Positions 12,191 to 25,999 are shown, counted from the first letter of the whole stretch. The stretch is 62,704 nucleotides of DNA, filler included, from Collodictyon triciliatum (GCA_043381765.1; 12 parts of 12 records of this genome joined end to end with filler, not necessarily neighbours in it), one strand, 5' to 3'. The notes: generated by a model from the letters alone, not told the origin. Made by a program: numbers and translations.

Positions 12191-14419
12191 TGAATTTTTT
12201 TGGCCAAAACTTTTATGCTTTGCAGCCAGTTATTGGCACCCAATATGAGAACAACCTTCCTATCCACTCTTTTGTAGGAACATTTTTTTTCTGAAATATT
12301 TTGGCCATGTAGATTTGAATGCCCAGAAACTATGAACCCTGCCGATCACATGCTCGACCTTGTGACACCAGGCTCAGTCATTCGTGGACACGGCAAGGCT
12401 CTTGAAAGGAGTGATATCCAGATGCTCCAGCGGGTAAATTTTTCAATAGAGATGGTAGTAATTGAAGAAGACATGTGCATCATTATTATCATTATTATTC
12501 ACACAAATGCTGAACCCTGCTTTAGAAATATGGCAGTAGCGAAATATGCAAGAAAATGGAAACTTACATCAGATCGCCCAGTGCGTATGAGCCACTATCG
12601 GACGTAGATTTAGAAACGCAAAAGAAAAGGTGAATTGTACCATTTTGTTATTGTTCACATATAGTGAGTCTTTTCTAAAACCCAATGTCAAGAAAATTTT
12701 GTTGTCTTTGAACCATGAAAACAAGACAAAAAATGTAATCTACCCACATTTCCCCCTCAATTCTGGGATTTTTCATCCTAAAGCATTTGTATATAGGCCA
12801 TCTATTTTACATCAGATTAGGATGCTGATTTGGAGAAATGTTACTGGTTTGCAAAGAAATAGCGCAGAAGGGAAAGCACGTGGTTTTGGTATTTTTATCC
12901 AAGTAAACTAATTTCCTTTTTTTTTTCAGGTTTCATATACAGGAGGATAAATGTATCTATAAAAAAACATGAATCCTAACGGATGAATAAATCGCGATCA
13001 CTTTTAGTAAACAGAGTTAGGTATATGAGTTGAAACACAGCTGACCTTTCGGTTTTATTCACATAGTCGCTTCTCTGTGGTCTGGTCTTCTTCAACTTAT
13101 CAACCAGTCCCACTGGATTTCGCGCACGCATAGGAGTTCTCTTCTTCACTATGACAAGCTCTCTTGTTGCTTCCGTTACACACACGATGCCTGTGTTTCC
13201 TTTAGAAAGAGAGTTGGTTATGCACGAAAGGAGAAATGGATACTATAGCCTAGTATCTTACTATCTAGCTCGTTTAATCACTGATAGAATACCTTTATGC
13301 ATTTACCCTATAATCGTGGCAGTCATGGTCTATCCTTTCGTCGGGCTGCGAAGCGGATTTGACCATGTCTGCAAGTTCTTTCTGGCTTACTTGATGCTTT
13401 TTAATACAGGACACGTAATTTCATATGTCACTTTTACATAATAAATTAACAGAATTATTAATATATTTCCTCTAGTTTTATCATTTCCCTTATTCCTCTG
13501 TCTCCTTTTCCCTTCTTTTGATGGTAATGGTGACCGTCGAGCTATTGTTCAAATTCTAAAATCGTATTCTGTTAGGCTATGGGGCTATTTGTTGGGTCCA
13601 TCGTTCCAACTGTCACCGTTGGTGCGATATTTGGCCCACTTTTAGCATACTTTTTCACACTATTCTCAGGATATAGCGTCGCCTTTAGCGTAATTTATCC
13701 ATGCCTTTTATTTATTTTATTTTTTTTTTTTTAAAAAAAACGAGAAACAAAACAAATGTTATTTCCATCTAATCTCTTAAAGGGCGTAATCACCTTTTGT
13801 CTCATCCTGTTTATTGAGATACTGAATCAAACCAAACAAAAATCACTGGAATATATGATATTTCGTTGGATAACGTGTTGATGCCTCTATTATTCTAGGA
13901 AATGCCATCAAGTTTGAAGTGGGTGTCAAAAATCTCGCCCACTCGCTGGGCTTTGGAAGCTGCTGCGATTAATGAGTTTAACGTATGCTTTCAAAACTTT
14001 AAATGACAGAAATAGACAAATAAAACAAGGTATCCTGCTTTGAATGTCACTGCATCTAATAAGACACCTTGAATAAAAGAATGGTCCCATTCACCAGCTA
14101 TTCAATACCTCGACTACTTTCACAGGACGCGTATGACCATTCCCAAAGCACTGCAAATTCAACATACTGTGGCGTTGTGACTGGAGATGTGAGTGCAGAA
14201 CTCCTTTGAATCGCTCATCTTTTTCACCTTGAAGGCTGAGGTCATTCCGCTAAAATGTAGTTGTTGTTTTCCCCCTAGGATGTCCTTGAATACTATGAGT
14301 ACACTGAATACTCTTACAGCGAATGCATATCTATATGCTTCACTCTATTCATCGCATTCAACGTTCTCCTTTATCTATCACTCTATCTCCGCGACAAGTA
14401 CAAGAACAGCGCGCGCTAA
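10580..14419 (+). CDS. ABCG (White-family) half transporter, NBD then TMD; start not resolved, probably 5'-truncated
   Basis: Exons encode Walker [10 protein letters not shown] (~11000), YVMQED, signature ISGGEKRR, Walker [18 protein letters not shown] and NPADHMLD. The TMD includes [17 protein letters not shown], and the gene ends ...[11 protein letters not shown] (14417-14419). Confidence 0.92.
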
Positions 14420-15270
14420 AACCTTTCATTAAAGAGACCGATATACGAATTACATCTGCGTCGTAGAATTCGTTTGATACATTTTATTTTTATTTTATTT
14501 TATTTTTATTTTATTTTTATTTATTTTTTTTATTTTTTTTTTATTTTTTTTGATGAAAGAAACGCATATCTTCGCAGTTGGACATTTTATTGGGCCGCTG
14601 CTTGATGAGATATTAAAATATCGAGTGTCACAATTAGACAGCAGGCACAGTTCAAAAAAAAAAAAGAAGTAAAATATAGATTCACCAAATGTCTGCGACA
14701 ATAATGAGAGATAAAAATGATGTGGATACTGAATTCCCCACTTTTGCTGCCCTGCGCTCTCAGATAACTTTCGAACCGTGTTGAGTTGTCATTGTTATAT
14801 GGGGGAGTGGCGCGCCCACGTTACAGATGTAGTCTTACAAAGCTCCTAAACCGAAGGTAGCGAGGCTACGACCCATTTCGCTGTTAAGCATTGAAAAACA
14901 CCCACTGGAGTCTCAACATCGCACAGCGGTGGCCACAGAAGCCGGCCAACTCGAGGAAGGAAAATTCAAAGCGATTGTCTCGGGTTTTACATCTCCACGC
15001 TTCAAGAAGCGCCCATACCCGTGCTGGCACAAAGAAACCTGCCGAATTTCTTCGTAAGGCCGGAGAAAATAATGGACAAAATTATTACATCCGAAAGTGA
15101 GAGATGTGAAACAGTATCCCTAAAACTCAGCGATTGGTTACAGCAGGAATGGAGAAGGGTGTTTTTTCTTGAGAAATTTAACAAAACTCTGGCGTCTCGT
15201 CGAAGAGAATATACAGAATAAGTTAGCCTTTATCGCAATTGAAGGCCACGAGAGAAGAAAGTAGAAATAA

Positions 15271-15801
15271 AAGATTAAGCTTGCAATCCATTTCAGAAAC
15301 AACGACAAAATCCGCAACCAATTTCTCCTGCAATATGCCGACGATACAGCCTTCATCCTACGCTCCCCTGAAGGCGCCATCCTGGCAAATAAGTGCATGC
15401 AAGAATACACACTTGCAGTCGGAGGAAAAATCAACTTCAACAAAACAGACGGTATCCTATTCGGCCTACAGGATGGTGGAATCCTACCAGAAAACACCGA
15501 CCGGAAATATCCAAACCACGCACTCAGATACCTGGGTATAATGTTTGGGAGCGGCTGCACAGTAAAGTGGGACAAGCTGGTCAACAATATCAAGTCCATA
15601 ATCGCCTCTTGGAAAAGGTTCCATCTGTCGGACATCGGAAAAGCGAGGCTATGGAACCAACTCATGCTATCGACCCTCATCCATAACATGAAGGGCTCTC
15701 ACCTACCACAAAAGCATCTCGACACACTGGAGAGCATATGCCGCACCTTCATCACAACAAAGAGACAGCAATACAAAATCAAAACACTGATTAAGCCACC
15801 T
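15271..15801 (+). mobile_element. Non-LTR retrotransposon (L1/Tx1-like) reverse transcriptase fragment, 5'-truncated and cut by the contig end
   Basis: An open frame from 15271 reads ...FLLQYADDTAFIL...GGKINFNKT...LRYLGIMFG...WKRFHLSDIGKARL, i.e. YADD plus the downstream LINE RT motifs. There is a sharp shift to A/C-rich, intronless sequence. Confidence 0.88.
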
Positions 15802-15901
15802 NNNNNNNNNNNNNNNNNNNNNNNNNNNNNNNNNNNNNNNNNNNNTTAATTAATTAANNNNNNNNNNNNNNNNNNNNNNNNNNNNNNNNNNNNNNNNNNN
15901 N

Positions 15902-16125
<224 letters not shown>

Positions 16126-16278
16126 AGTCTGTAATTGTTTGGGCAAATCCCCGTTCTTTTCGTTACGTTTTCGTACAATTTTATTGCATTTTCTTCTTCA
16201 AAGTCACAGGTCAAAGACACAGGCAGTCTTCATTAAAACTTATACTACTAGAGTTTTTTTGGAGGATAGTGTATTCGA

Positions 16279-19200
16279 ATGGGCTGTTCTGTTTCAAATC
16301 AACGAAATAGAAGAAGAATCATTTCAATTGAAGCGAAGAAGGTGGAATCTTGGTCGATTATACCGGAAGCACACATGAGAGACGTGGATAAATCTACATC
16401 TGAGATAAGTTCGGTTAACATTTTTATTTTAATTACTCTCAAAAAAATTTCAATGTAACCAAACAATAAATAGGATCGATTTACAATAATATCTATCTCA
16501 GAAGTTAAATAATAAATCATAATAAAATTGATACTCAATCATTTGGGAAAAAAAATATCCAGTGCAAACCTGTTCGTCAGAAATGATTTAATAAAGAGAA
16601 TCATGACCATAATTTTTAGGTTGCTCAAGGCCTCTCTGGACCAACCCTCCTGTTGTCCCTGATGAAGTCGAAAGCGAGGCTGCTGTTACAGATTTTGTAC
16701 AAGTTCATTCACCGGAGGTAATTAAAATGTTGTATATATTCACATTTTTTGATTGTATAATTGTTTACGAAATGCACAATTATTTGGTGTGAGTGAATCA
16801 TACTTTCCATTTCACAATAATTAATTATTGGATAGACTCCTTCGCATCAAAGAATTACTAAAAGAAGAGGAAATTCTGTTACTTCTGTGGGCGATCTTAA
16901 TGGCCTTGAGCTAATTCAACTTCAAGAGGTTTCTGATGAACTAGAGCGCCCTGATTCAACCGGAGCAGATTGTGAGATCCAATCAAAAACTGAAGAGGAC
17001 AGTTATGATGTATCCATTAGAAAAGGATCCATTAACCAGCACAGTCGCTCTCTCACTCAACAATTGACGGTGACAATGGAATCGTCCACCCTTGAAACAT
17101 CGATACCCGAACATGATGATTTTGACCAATCGGATAGTACTTCATTCATATCAGCCAGAAGAAGGGCTTCTTCCATGAAAAGTGGTAGTTTTTCCTCAAG
17201 TAAAAAAAACAAACCTGCCTTATTACGAAGGAGATCAAGTACTTTTGAGAAAATGGAACCCTTCTTATCTAAAATCAATCGAAAAAGTGCAGATGAGCAA
17301 CTACCCATCGAATTACTCGAAATAGATGTAAATGTATCATTTAACTCTCTTTGTAGATTTTCGTTGTCGCAACCCCTTAAAATGAAAAGTGTCACAACCG
17401 TTTTACAATTTTTCCCAGAACCTAAAGTAAAGCTTTGTATCATCGCCCCTCCTAAAGGGGTTACTCGGGAAAGAAAACACTTATATAAACATATTGCTGA
17501 TTTGGAGCTATTTTGTTCTGATAGAAGAATATTCCTTAATGTTGTTGATTGTCATGCATTCACGGAAGTACCTCCTTTACAAAACCAAATCAGTCTTGAA
17601 GCTTGTCTGAAGGAAGTTAGAAGTTCGAGCTATTTCTTGTTTTTCATAGGAAATAAATATGGTTGGGTTCCTGATTCATCAGACGAAAATGTCTTTTCTT
17701 TACGAGTTCAAGCAGAATATCCCGTCATTTTGTCATATCCCAATTCCAGTGATGTTACGTTTGAGGTATGTTTAGCATCTCTAATTTATCAGTCAAATTA
17801 AAAAGAAAATACCCACTAAATTTAATTTAATTCAAAGTAGAATCATACTATTTTAATATAAGCTACTTCCAAATACCTTTTTGGTGGATTTTTTGAGATG
17901 ATAATGGTATTTAATCGTTTACAGTTACGCACTGCCTTTATAAAATCTGATCTAATGAAAAGAGGATACGCTTTCTTCAAAGCAATCGATTGTTCTTCGG
18001 AAGACCTCAGTGAAGTCAAAAAAATCTTAGAATTGAAATCATTTGTATGCTCAGAGACCCCTTCACATCCTGTTCACTGCTTTGAATATAAAACCCGCTC
18101 TGATTTTCTCCACAAATTTGTCGAGAGGTTCAAAAGTGACCTAAGCGAAGATTTTCCTCTAAACATTACTCCGATTGAATTTGATGCTTTAATGAACAAA
18201 ATTAATTCGCAATATTGCCAGAAAATGGCAAAAAAATATCGTGGCAGAGCTCAACTCTTACAGGAATTGTTTTCCGAACTTGAACTGAACCATAGAATAC
18301 CTATATTATATTCTGGTCCTCCTGGGATAGGAAAAACTGCCTTGGTGTCCAAGCTACATTCTCTTCTCGACAAAGAGAGGTCATTCATTCATTACACAGG
18401 ACAAGCACTCGAATCGAGAAACATAGAGGTTATGTTGTCTAGAATATTAATTGCCATTGGAATCAATCACTCAACAGAAGAACAAAATATACTAGCAGAA
18501 TTTTCGGATTTAATTAAATCACACTTTAAATCCGATAGCCCTTTTATCATAATTATTGACAGTATAGACAAACTTGATGCATCTGCATCAAAAACAAACT
18601 GGATGGATTGGATTCCATGCCCCCTTCCAACGAATCTCAATATTGTAATGACCTGCTCACACGAATTCACAGATTTTCGGGAGTTCGAATCAACCCGGTT
18701 TCTGTACCTCGAAGCAAAATGCCTAGAATTTTCTGATTTTGAAAAAATAATACAGGATCGAATATCATTTTATAATTTGGAGTTGTCTTTTGATTATTCA
18801 ATAATTTTAGCCAAAAATGTATTCTCTGAAAATCCCTTATTTCTGGAGATATTATTGATTAAGATAAAAGTGGCTTGTGTAAATCATGATGAAAGTATCG
18901 TCTCAGAATATGTGAATAGAGAATGGGACATAATATCTCTCATTCGTTCGCTATTGGAAGATTTCGTACACTACTACACAAAACCACATTACACTGATTT
19001 CGTCTTGGAGGCAATATCCGTTCTTTGCCTCTCAAAGACCGGCTTTCGAGAACGAGACTTACAATTCATGCTTGAGGTTCCTTATTGCATTTGGAGCCCG
19101 TTCTTCTCCGCCATAAGTCTGATACTATGTCAAAATGATGATAAATATGTTTTTCTCAACCAAATACTCACAGAGACTGCTTATTCTTGGTGTTTCCAGG

Positions 19201-20807
19201 AACTGAGTGCCAGACGCGATTCTGTTACAAAAATTTGCTCAAAGATACAAGATTACTTTTTCCCTCTGCTAACTTATCTGGATTCTCGCTCAATCATGAA
19301 TATTATTGATGTACATATAACAAATAACCAGCTCCATTACGCCAGAGATATTTTACTTCATAAAGATGCCAGCGCAAAGATATTAGAATTTCCCGTAAAA
19401 AAACTTGTTCAAAAAGCATGGACAACGCTCAAGAACAGTCCGATGATGATTGATGGCGAATATGAAAGCCTGTTGGATGCTAATTGGGATGGGCTGTTTG
19501 CATTAAAAGTGGCTCGCTTATACATCTCGATTAACAGTTTCGAAGCAGCCATCAAGCTATTGGAGAAAGTTGTTATTGATCAAAACATTATTATAAGCGA
19601 TGACTATATATTTGCATTAATAGATCTAGCCAAACTATATCTCCAGCAAGAGTTGTATTTGAAAAGTATAGTTAACTATGAAAAAGTCATTGAATTAATC
19701 CCCGATACCTATTTGCCGAATCAGGTCGATTATGAGTCATCTTGCCTTGACAATTATGCTCTGGCTTTAGGGAACTTGGGAAGACACACAGAATCATACC
19801 AAGTGCTTGAAAAATCATTGAACATCAGGGTAGAGAGCTATGGAGAATCAAATATATCCATAGGTTATTCCTACAATAACCTGGGACTTCATTTCACTCG
19901 GTGCGGCAAATATGAGGAATCAGCCAAGGCTCATCAAAAATCGGTAGAAATATTGTCTCAGTTGCTCCACAAAGAACATCCAGATATTGCTCTCGTTCAG
20001 TCAAATCTGGCATCAGCTCTTTTGAAAAATGACAAGTTGAAAGAATCGGATGCAATTTTTAAGCAAGCTTTGAAGGTTTTAGAAGCAAAAAGAGGCCAAA
20101 GTCATCCCGAAGTTGCAGCTATTTTGGATAATTTAGGTGTTATATGCACAAGGAGCGGAAAGCCGCACCAAAGTTTTGATTATCACTTGAAGGCTATATC
20201 CATCTATCAAGAAATTTACGGTCACCGTCACCCATGCCTGTCTGGTGTGTTTGTTAATTTGGCTATAGCATCGAAAGAGGTAGCAAACTACCAAAAGTGT
20301 GAGGGGTTTCTCATTCTCGCATTGGAGATAGAGAGATATCGCTCCAGTGAGGAAAATGAAGCGATTGCATCAATCATATTCAATATGGGGCTTCTCTACC
20401 TAGCACAAAGACAAGTGGAAAAGGCTCTGCCACAGTTTCAAGACTCTATGAGAATCCAAGAGAAAGTACTTGGTGAACGCTCACCCTCATTTCTACTATC
20501 ACTCCGATATGTTGCGTGCACTCTGAATGAGATTGGGCAAGTCGATGCAACCATCGATCTCTTTATTCGTCTGGCAGAGATTCAAAAGGAGCACTTTTCA
20601 GATGAACCTCTTCCTTTGGCAACCACCTACTTTAACATCGGAGTGCTTTACTACGACCAAGAGCAAGATAAGAAGTCGTTGGAATATTTCACAAGAGCAT
20701 ACGAAATACAAATTACAAAACTAAGTGAATCCGATCAGGATCTCAAAGAAACACAAGGTTATATTACTGAATTGACATTAGGAAGGGCCGAAGGTTTGTT
20801 GAAATGA
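16279..20807 (+). CDS. DUF4062-like, NACHT and TPR protein (nephrocystin-3-like STAND NTPase) with an N-terminal MGCSVS acylation motif; complete, 4 exons
   Basis: Exons at about 16279-16408, 16620-16717, 16836-17765 and 17925-20807 splice in phase. Motifs: DUF4062-like CLKEVRSSSYFLFFIGNKYGWVP, Walker A GPPGIGKT, Walker B IIIIDSID, NPLFL, SKTGFRERDL, then about nine TPRs (HPDIALVQSNLA, HPEVAAILDNLG). Confidence 0.88.
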
Positions 20808-21383
20808 ACTATTTAGTAACCCCTCGACTCGTCATCGCGCACAAACCGTGGTAATACGGAAATCGCACCTGTTTCTTGGGCTTAGATATTTGCGTGGGCA
20901 AATATTGAATTACTCAACAGAAGGAAACCATAAAACTGCAATTATTTTATTTATTTTTAATGTCTGCTTCACATTCAGAATATTTGCAGGTTTTGGCTGA
21001 ACTATGAAACGATTTTTAGCGTATATCATACCAATCAAGGCATGGATGGCAGTGTGAGACCTTATTATTATTATTTTTTTTTTTTTTAAGTGCATGCTCG
21101 CGTTTTTCCCGTTAGGAGATACTTTTTTTCAGAAAAGGAAGAAATGTAAAAGTACAGGTTAAGTAGGGTGGGGGTAAATGCACCAACCACACAAATAGTT
21201 TATTACCAGACTCAACGCCACTTTGCTCGGTAGAAACCTTTCTTGCCTGCTGCTGCGCTCGAAAGAGGAAACTTCGGTCGACCNNNNNNNNNNNNNNNNN
21301 NNNNNNNNNNNNNNNNNNNNNNNNNNNTTAATTAATTAANNNNNNNNNNNNNNNNNNNNNNNNNNNNNNNNNNNNNNNNNNNN

Positions 21384-21504
21384 TAGTATTAGTATTATTA
21401 GTATTAGTATTAGTATTAGTATTAGTATTAGTATTAGTATTAGTATTAGTATTAGTATTAGTATTAGTATTAGTATTAGTATTAGTATTAGTATTAGTAT
21501 TAGT
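21384..21504. repeat. (TAGTAT)n microsatellite
   Basis: Direct reading. Confidence 0.95.
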
Positions 21505-21540
21505 AATATTTAAAAGAAGGAAAGGAAGCAAGAACGGTAC

Positions 21541-23500
21541 TCTCTGAGCTGGTTGTGGGCGATAGCCATATTGTTATACAACATCGCAACATCGCAACCC
21601 CGAGATGCGTTTCTCCGACTACTCGCAATCGAATTTCAAGAGATTTGTTATAGAATTACAGTGCTTCTTTTTACCTGCATGCGTACTCTTTTAATTTTTT
21701 AATCATTATTTCTTACTTTCAATTCGTGCGTGATGGTCTGTTACATAATTTTGTAATGACAACTACACGTTGCATGTCATTCAGCATAAATACTTTCCAA
21801 GGCGACTGTGGGCAATTCCAAAATTATCATATGAAGCTGCTACATCTGGATATGTCTCCAAACACTTACTGTCTGATTTCAAGTGATTTTTTGTGATAAT
21901 CGAGTGCTTCCTTATTTTTATCAGTCAAGAAATACATTTGATTAGTAGGACACCAAAGATAAATTCACCCCATTCCTTAAAAGAAAAACCCTGCACCTAT
22001 GTCTTGAATGATTTTTGGAAGAATGCATACATCCCGAGATAAATCTTGATTATTGCAATATTGTTGTACGAGTCTGCAACACGGATGAATTTCTCCCACG
22101 AATTTCAGTCGAATTTTCAGTGACTATTCGTAGTATTCCAGAGCCTTTTGACATCTCTTGTGGGATAAACGTTCATCTGATTAACTACATAGGCTGTTAT
22201 AGTCACGAGTTATCTATGGCAGAGTGCTCTAAATAAGCATACTCTCCAAGTTTTTGATGCACAGCCTCGATGTTATTATATGACTCGGCGGCTTCGGGGT
22301 GCAGTTCTCCGTGGGCTTTTTTTTCTTATTTCGAGAGATTTTTTTGTGGTATTCTAGAGCTTTCTGGCTAGTACAGTATTTTTTGGGTGGTCAAAGAGAT
22401 AAAAATATGAAAAGTGATTAAGGAAATGAAAAAATTTATAGCTGCTTATATAGAAATCCCTTGAACCTACTTTCCGAGTTGCAAGTGAACAACTCCCAAA
22501 AGCTGTAGATTCTTGCTTTGAGCCCCTATGATATGAATGTGATGAGTTTAGCAAATATACAATCACTGATCATATTTAATTAGCTAACCTTCCTCGATTT
22601 CCGCAGATATCCTGTGTTCTAGTATTGGAATCAGAAAATTGTTTTCTTGGACTCCTCAAAAGTAAGCCACCAAAGCAAAGCCAATTGGGTTTGATTGCTA
22701 TCAATTAACTCTTCACTGAACTGCATCGGTCTGCAACTGATTATCGAGATAAAAGGAGGAGAAAAAAAACCGTCGCCATGACCCTATAAATAGCCTTTTG
22801 ATCGTATCCATTTTCATTTAACTCCCTCCAGCATTTAAAAAAACTCGAAGCGATACCTTGTCAACATAATTTCTACAACCTAACCAACAAAAGCATAATT
22901 AATTATTTGGAAACTGCAGAAGAATCCCATCCTTCATATATTTTCATAAACTCCGCAAGCTTCCTGTTTTCCTTTGAAACCCTCAAGTTGTGGTATATTT
23001 CTGCTACGACATCCTTGTCCTCCGTACTAGAGCCATACTCGTTGAATAACCACAATCCTTATTCATGGGCTTCGGTGACTGTACATTCATCTTTATCAAA
23101 GTATCGTTCCTCGATGGATTTTGATAGAAGCTGATGGGAAAAAGCGTATCTGGACATTGTAATTAAGTCTGAATAACGTATTTATTTAAGCTTTCAAAAC
23201 ACCTTCCGCTTCTCACAAAGAGTGAATCCAGCAAAAAAAAAAAAAGGAATAATTTCCTAATGATAATAAGGTGTAAATAGGTATAGGCTAATGTTACCAA
23301 TAAATCAAAATATATCGGGCTGGAGACCTGAATCGTGCCAACAAAAAAAAGGACTGTATGCCAGGTTGTATACTCGAATTTCTGGTGTATTTGTGTAAGT
23401 CTGTGTTCCATATATTTATCTAGTTCATTTTCGTCCAGGCGAATTCGCGATACATGAATGACACTAACCGAAACACAGACGACATACTTTCCTTTATCAA
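21541..23500 (-). pseudogene. NACHT-TPR pseudogene, paralog of the 4928-9917 gene with the same exon structure
   Basis: Exons read VSRIRLDENELDKYM, LDSLFVRSGR, YAFSHQLL...HE*GLWLF and IMLTRYRFEFF/KCWR. Next come a 109-nt exon (22589-22697) and a 55-nt exon (22471-22525) equal in length to 6313-6421 and 6498-6552. Four decayed TPR exons follow (22243-~22370, 22031-22154, 21794-21917, 21541-21674), with stops, indels and a mutated acceptor. Confidence 0.88.
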
Positions 23501-23876
23501 TAATACGAGGTATTGAAATTGATACGGAGCTTTCTCAAGTGTTTCCAGATAATATGCTCATGAGGGGCAATCCGTCTCTTTTAAACATCAGATTTTTCTG
23601 CGTTTGGAACCGGATGGGCCCAATTCTTTTACTCTTCAAAAAACCGTTGTTTCTATAAGTCTTTTGTTACGGTATATACTAAATGTTACGTATATATTGA
23701 TATTATCTTGCCTTTTGTTTGTTTTTTATTTTTATTTTGTGGTTTTTTATTTCAGGATTTACGATGATAACGCACGAATTCGAAAAGAGGGTTTATGGGT
23801 AAGGAATCAATGTGTTATATCGAACGATGAAGGTAGGGAAGTGGACTAAGAACCAATACAAGAATAGTCGGCTTCT

Positions 23877-24719
23877 CTAAACAATCATTGGTGCATCCTC
23901 TGAAAGCAAATTAGTGGGTAAGAACCATGCAGAAAAATCTTTCAAACTCTTCTTTCCTTGTTGCAACAATTCTTGAGCCCTTCCAGTCCTCTCCCCGCGG
24001 TAGCAATCACTCAAAAACACCCAGATAAGATTTAATGACATCAGAAATAGGAAAAATATGGCGAAGAGAATAAATAACATTGGTGGATTGAACAAAGCCC
24101 TAATCATGTCAAGGATACTACTTGTCCCTTCTTTCAGATCACCATATACTTGCTCTTCATCAGCCATGAGATTCTCGGCCTTCAATATTTTTGTAACTGA
24201 AAGAGCAATGGTAACAGCCTCTTTGGAAAGTGCCTTTTCAGCGACCCCAAACCCAACGAAATTAAATATTGATTGCACTAATCCTGCCAGAAACTCGCTC
24301 AGCTCTTCGTTGATCGTTTTTAATTTGAAAGTAGGATGATATTTTCGATAAATTAGGTAGATTGTGGTTATTACGCAGAACAACAAGGCCAGAACACCCC
24401 CCACAAAAACCAAAATTGAACCAACCCTTCCAGCTTCACAGGCTTTCTTGCTAATCGGTAGGTCCTCAGAATCACAACTGTTGTAACTCCAGTACTCGGT
24501 TTCACGGCCCGTTATCTCGAGGTGAATTCCAAAGTATCCGTACCTAACTTGGACAGTACCTTCTCCCGCCTCAAGAGTTGAGTCTTTCGGTGTGGTGAGA
24601 GGAAAGCTACCAGAGAAGGTAAATAAGTCATCATAAATGTAAGAGACTATGGCGGTGGATACTTGGACCACGAAGCACAGCGAGACCAAGCAGCGCCGGC
24701 ATAAGTCGGAATTGGACAT
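23877..24719 (-). CDS. Intronless multi-pass membrane protein, possibly claudin/PMP22-like tetraspan
   Basis: About 280-aa ORF from ATG 24719 (MSNSDLC). It has an N-terminal hydrophobic helix, a loop with YGYFG and two Cys, then 2-3 further hydrophobic helices. The fold call is tentative. Confidence 0.6.
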   Translation of the reverse strand: MSNSDLCRRCLVSLCFVVQVSTAIVSYIYDDLFTFSGSFPLTTPKDSTLEAGEGTVQVRYGYFGIHLEITGRETEYWSYNSCDSEDLPISKKACEAGRVGSILVFVGGVLALLFCVITTIYLIYRKYHPTFKLKTINEELSEFLAGLVQSIFNFVGFGVAEKALSKEAVTIALSVTKILKAENLMADEEQVYGDLKEGTSSILDMIRALFNPPMLFILFAIFFLFLMSLNLIWVFLSDCYRGERTGRAQELLQQGKKSLKDFSAWFLPTNLLSEDAPMIV

Positions 24720-25999
24720 CTTGCGAAGGGTACCTATTGCATGACAGTTAGAACAAGAACTGCAACACCATGCCCACAGGCGAGGCAATCGTTGCACAGA
24801 ATAGTTATTTCTTTGAAATCCTTGTGGACAACCTCACTGTCCATTAAGCCTCTTGAGGAGAACACTTCTCCCCCGACACAGTGCTGTGAAGGGCGCATAG
24901 ATTTCCTTCGGTCAAGGGTTTCGTGCCCGAGTGTAAGGAGAGGATATCGGGGTCTCAAAAGACTAAGACGTTTACTGTTCTCGCCAGGAGAAAGGAAAAA
25001 GGCAGGTGCAGTCAAGCGCAGGAGGAGTCCCAAAAACTTGCCCAAGGGACTTTCGCACCGCAAACCCGAACCGCGTTCTGTTGGGCGATCTGCTCGACTA
25101 TGCTCTGCTGGTTCGAGCCGGCCTTGACTCCCATGGTTTGCACTCCCACGCGGCCACCTTCGGCATCATGAAGTACCTTTGGCAAAATATTTTGCGGATG
25201 GTGCAGAAAAAGATACATTTTTGGATTAATTATTTGACATTTCAATCACCCAAGGGAAATTTTCAACGAATGTTATACAGAATCTTCTATTCTCTGCAAC
25301 CCAAACCGTATATTCTCCCACGCACCATTACATATTCGGAATATTGAAAGTGAGAATTATTTTATTGTGTATATGCATCATTTATTATAATTTTTCAACA
25401 ATTATTATTCAATTTTATGACGCATTACTACAACATAGACTCCAATATATATTTTTCCACTTTTGAATATACCTAATCCTTTTCTATTCTGTTCTGGCTT
25501 TGGTGCACCGGAGGTTGCAACGCGGCTTTGATGCTTTCACTCTTTCTACTTGATTGAATTACACTGCGACCACGATGGTTGGTTTAAATGGTTACTTTTG
25601 ACTTCAGTTTCGTTACTTTTAAGTGATTGGGGGTTCTTGCCTTGTTATTCTTCTGGGTCAAGCATTTCCGTTTACGTGCGTGGATAGAGCCTGGCAAGAT
25701 TCAAACACGCTTTCCACTCGAACTATAATGAAACATGCGTATTTTTTTTTTTTTGAATGTTGATTGTGCAAACCCATCTCCTGGCACCAATATTTTAATA
25801 TCGTTTTCATGATTCATTTCTGAGTCTCATTGGAAGCTATCAACAAATAAAATCGGTATATATTATTATTTTTTTGCTAGGTAATATCTGATGTCTAAGT
25901 ACCTCCTGTAATGCGAGAAAGATCACAAATATTTCATAAAATGATGTTTACAGGATTCCATAAAAAAAACCAATACAAAAACCATCTGATGCCAGAGTC

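Noticed and set aside
14760-15270. tRNA or other ncRNA upstream of the LINE fragment (TRE-like targeting)
   Set aside because: I found no cloverleaf or A/B-box pair by eye; tRNAscan-SE would settle it.
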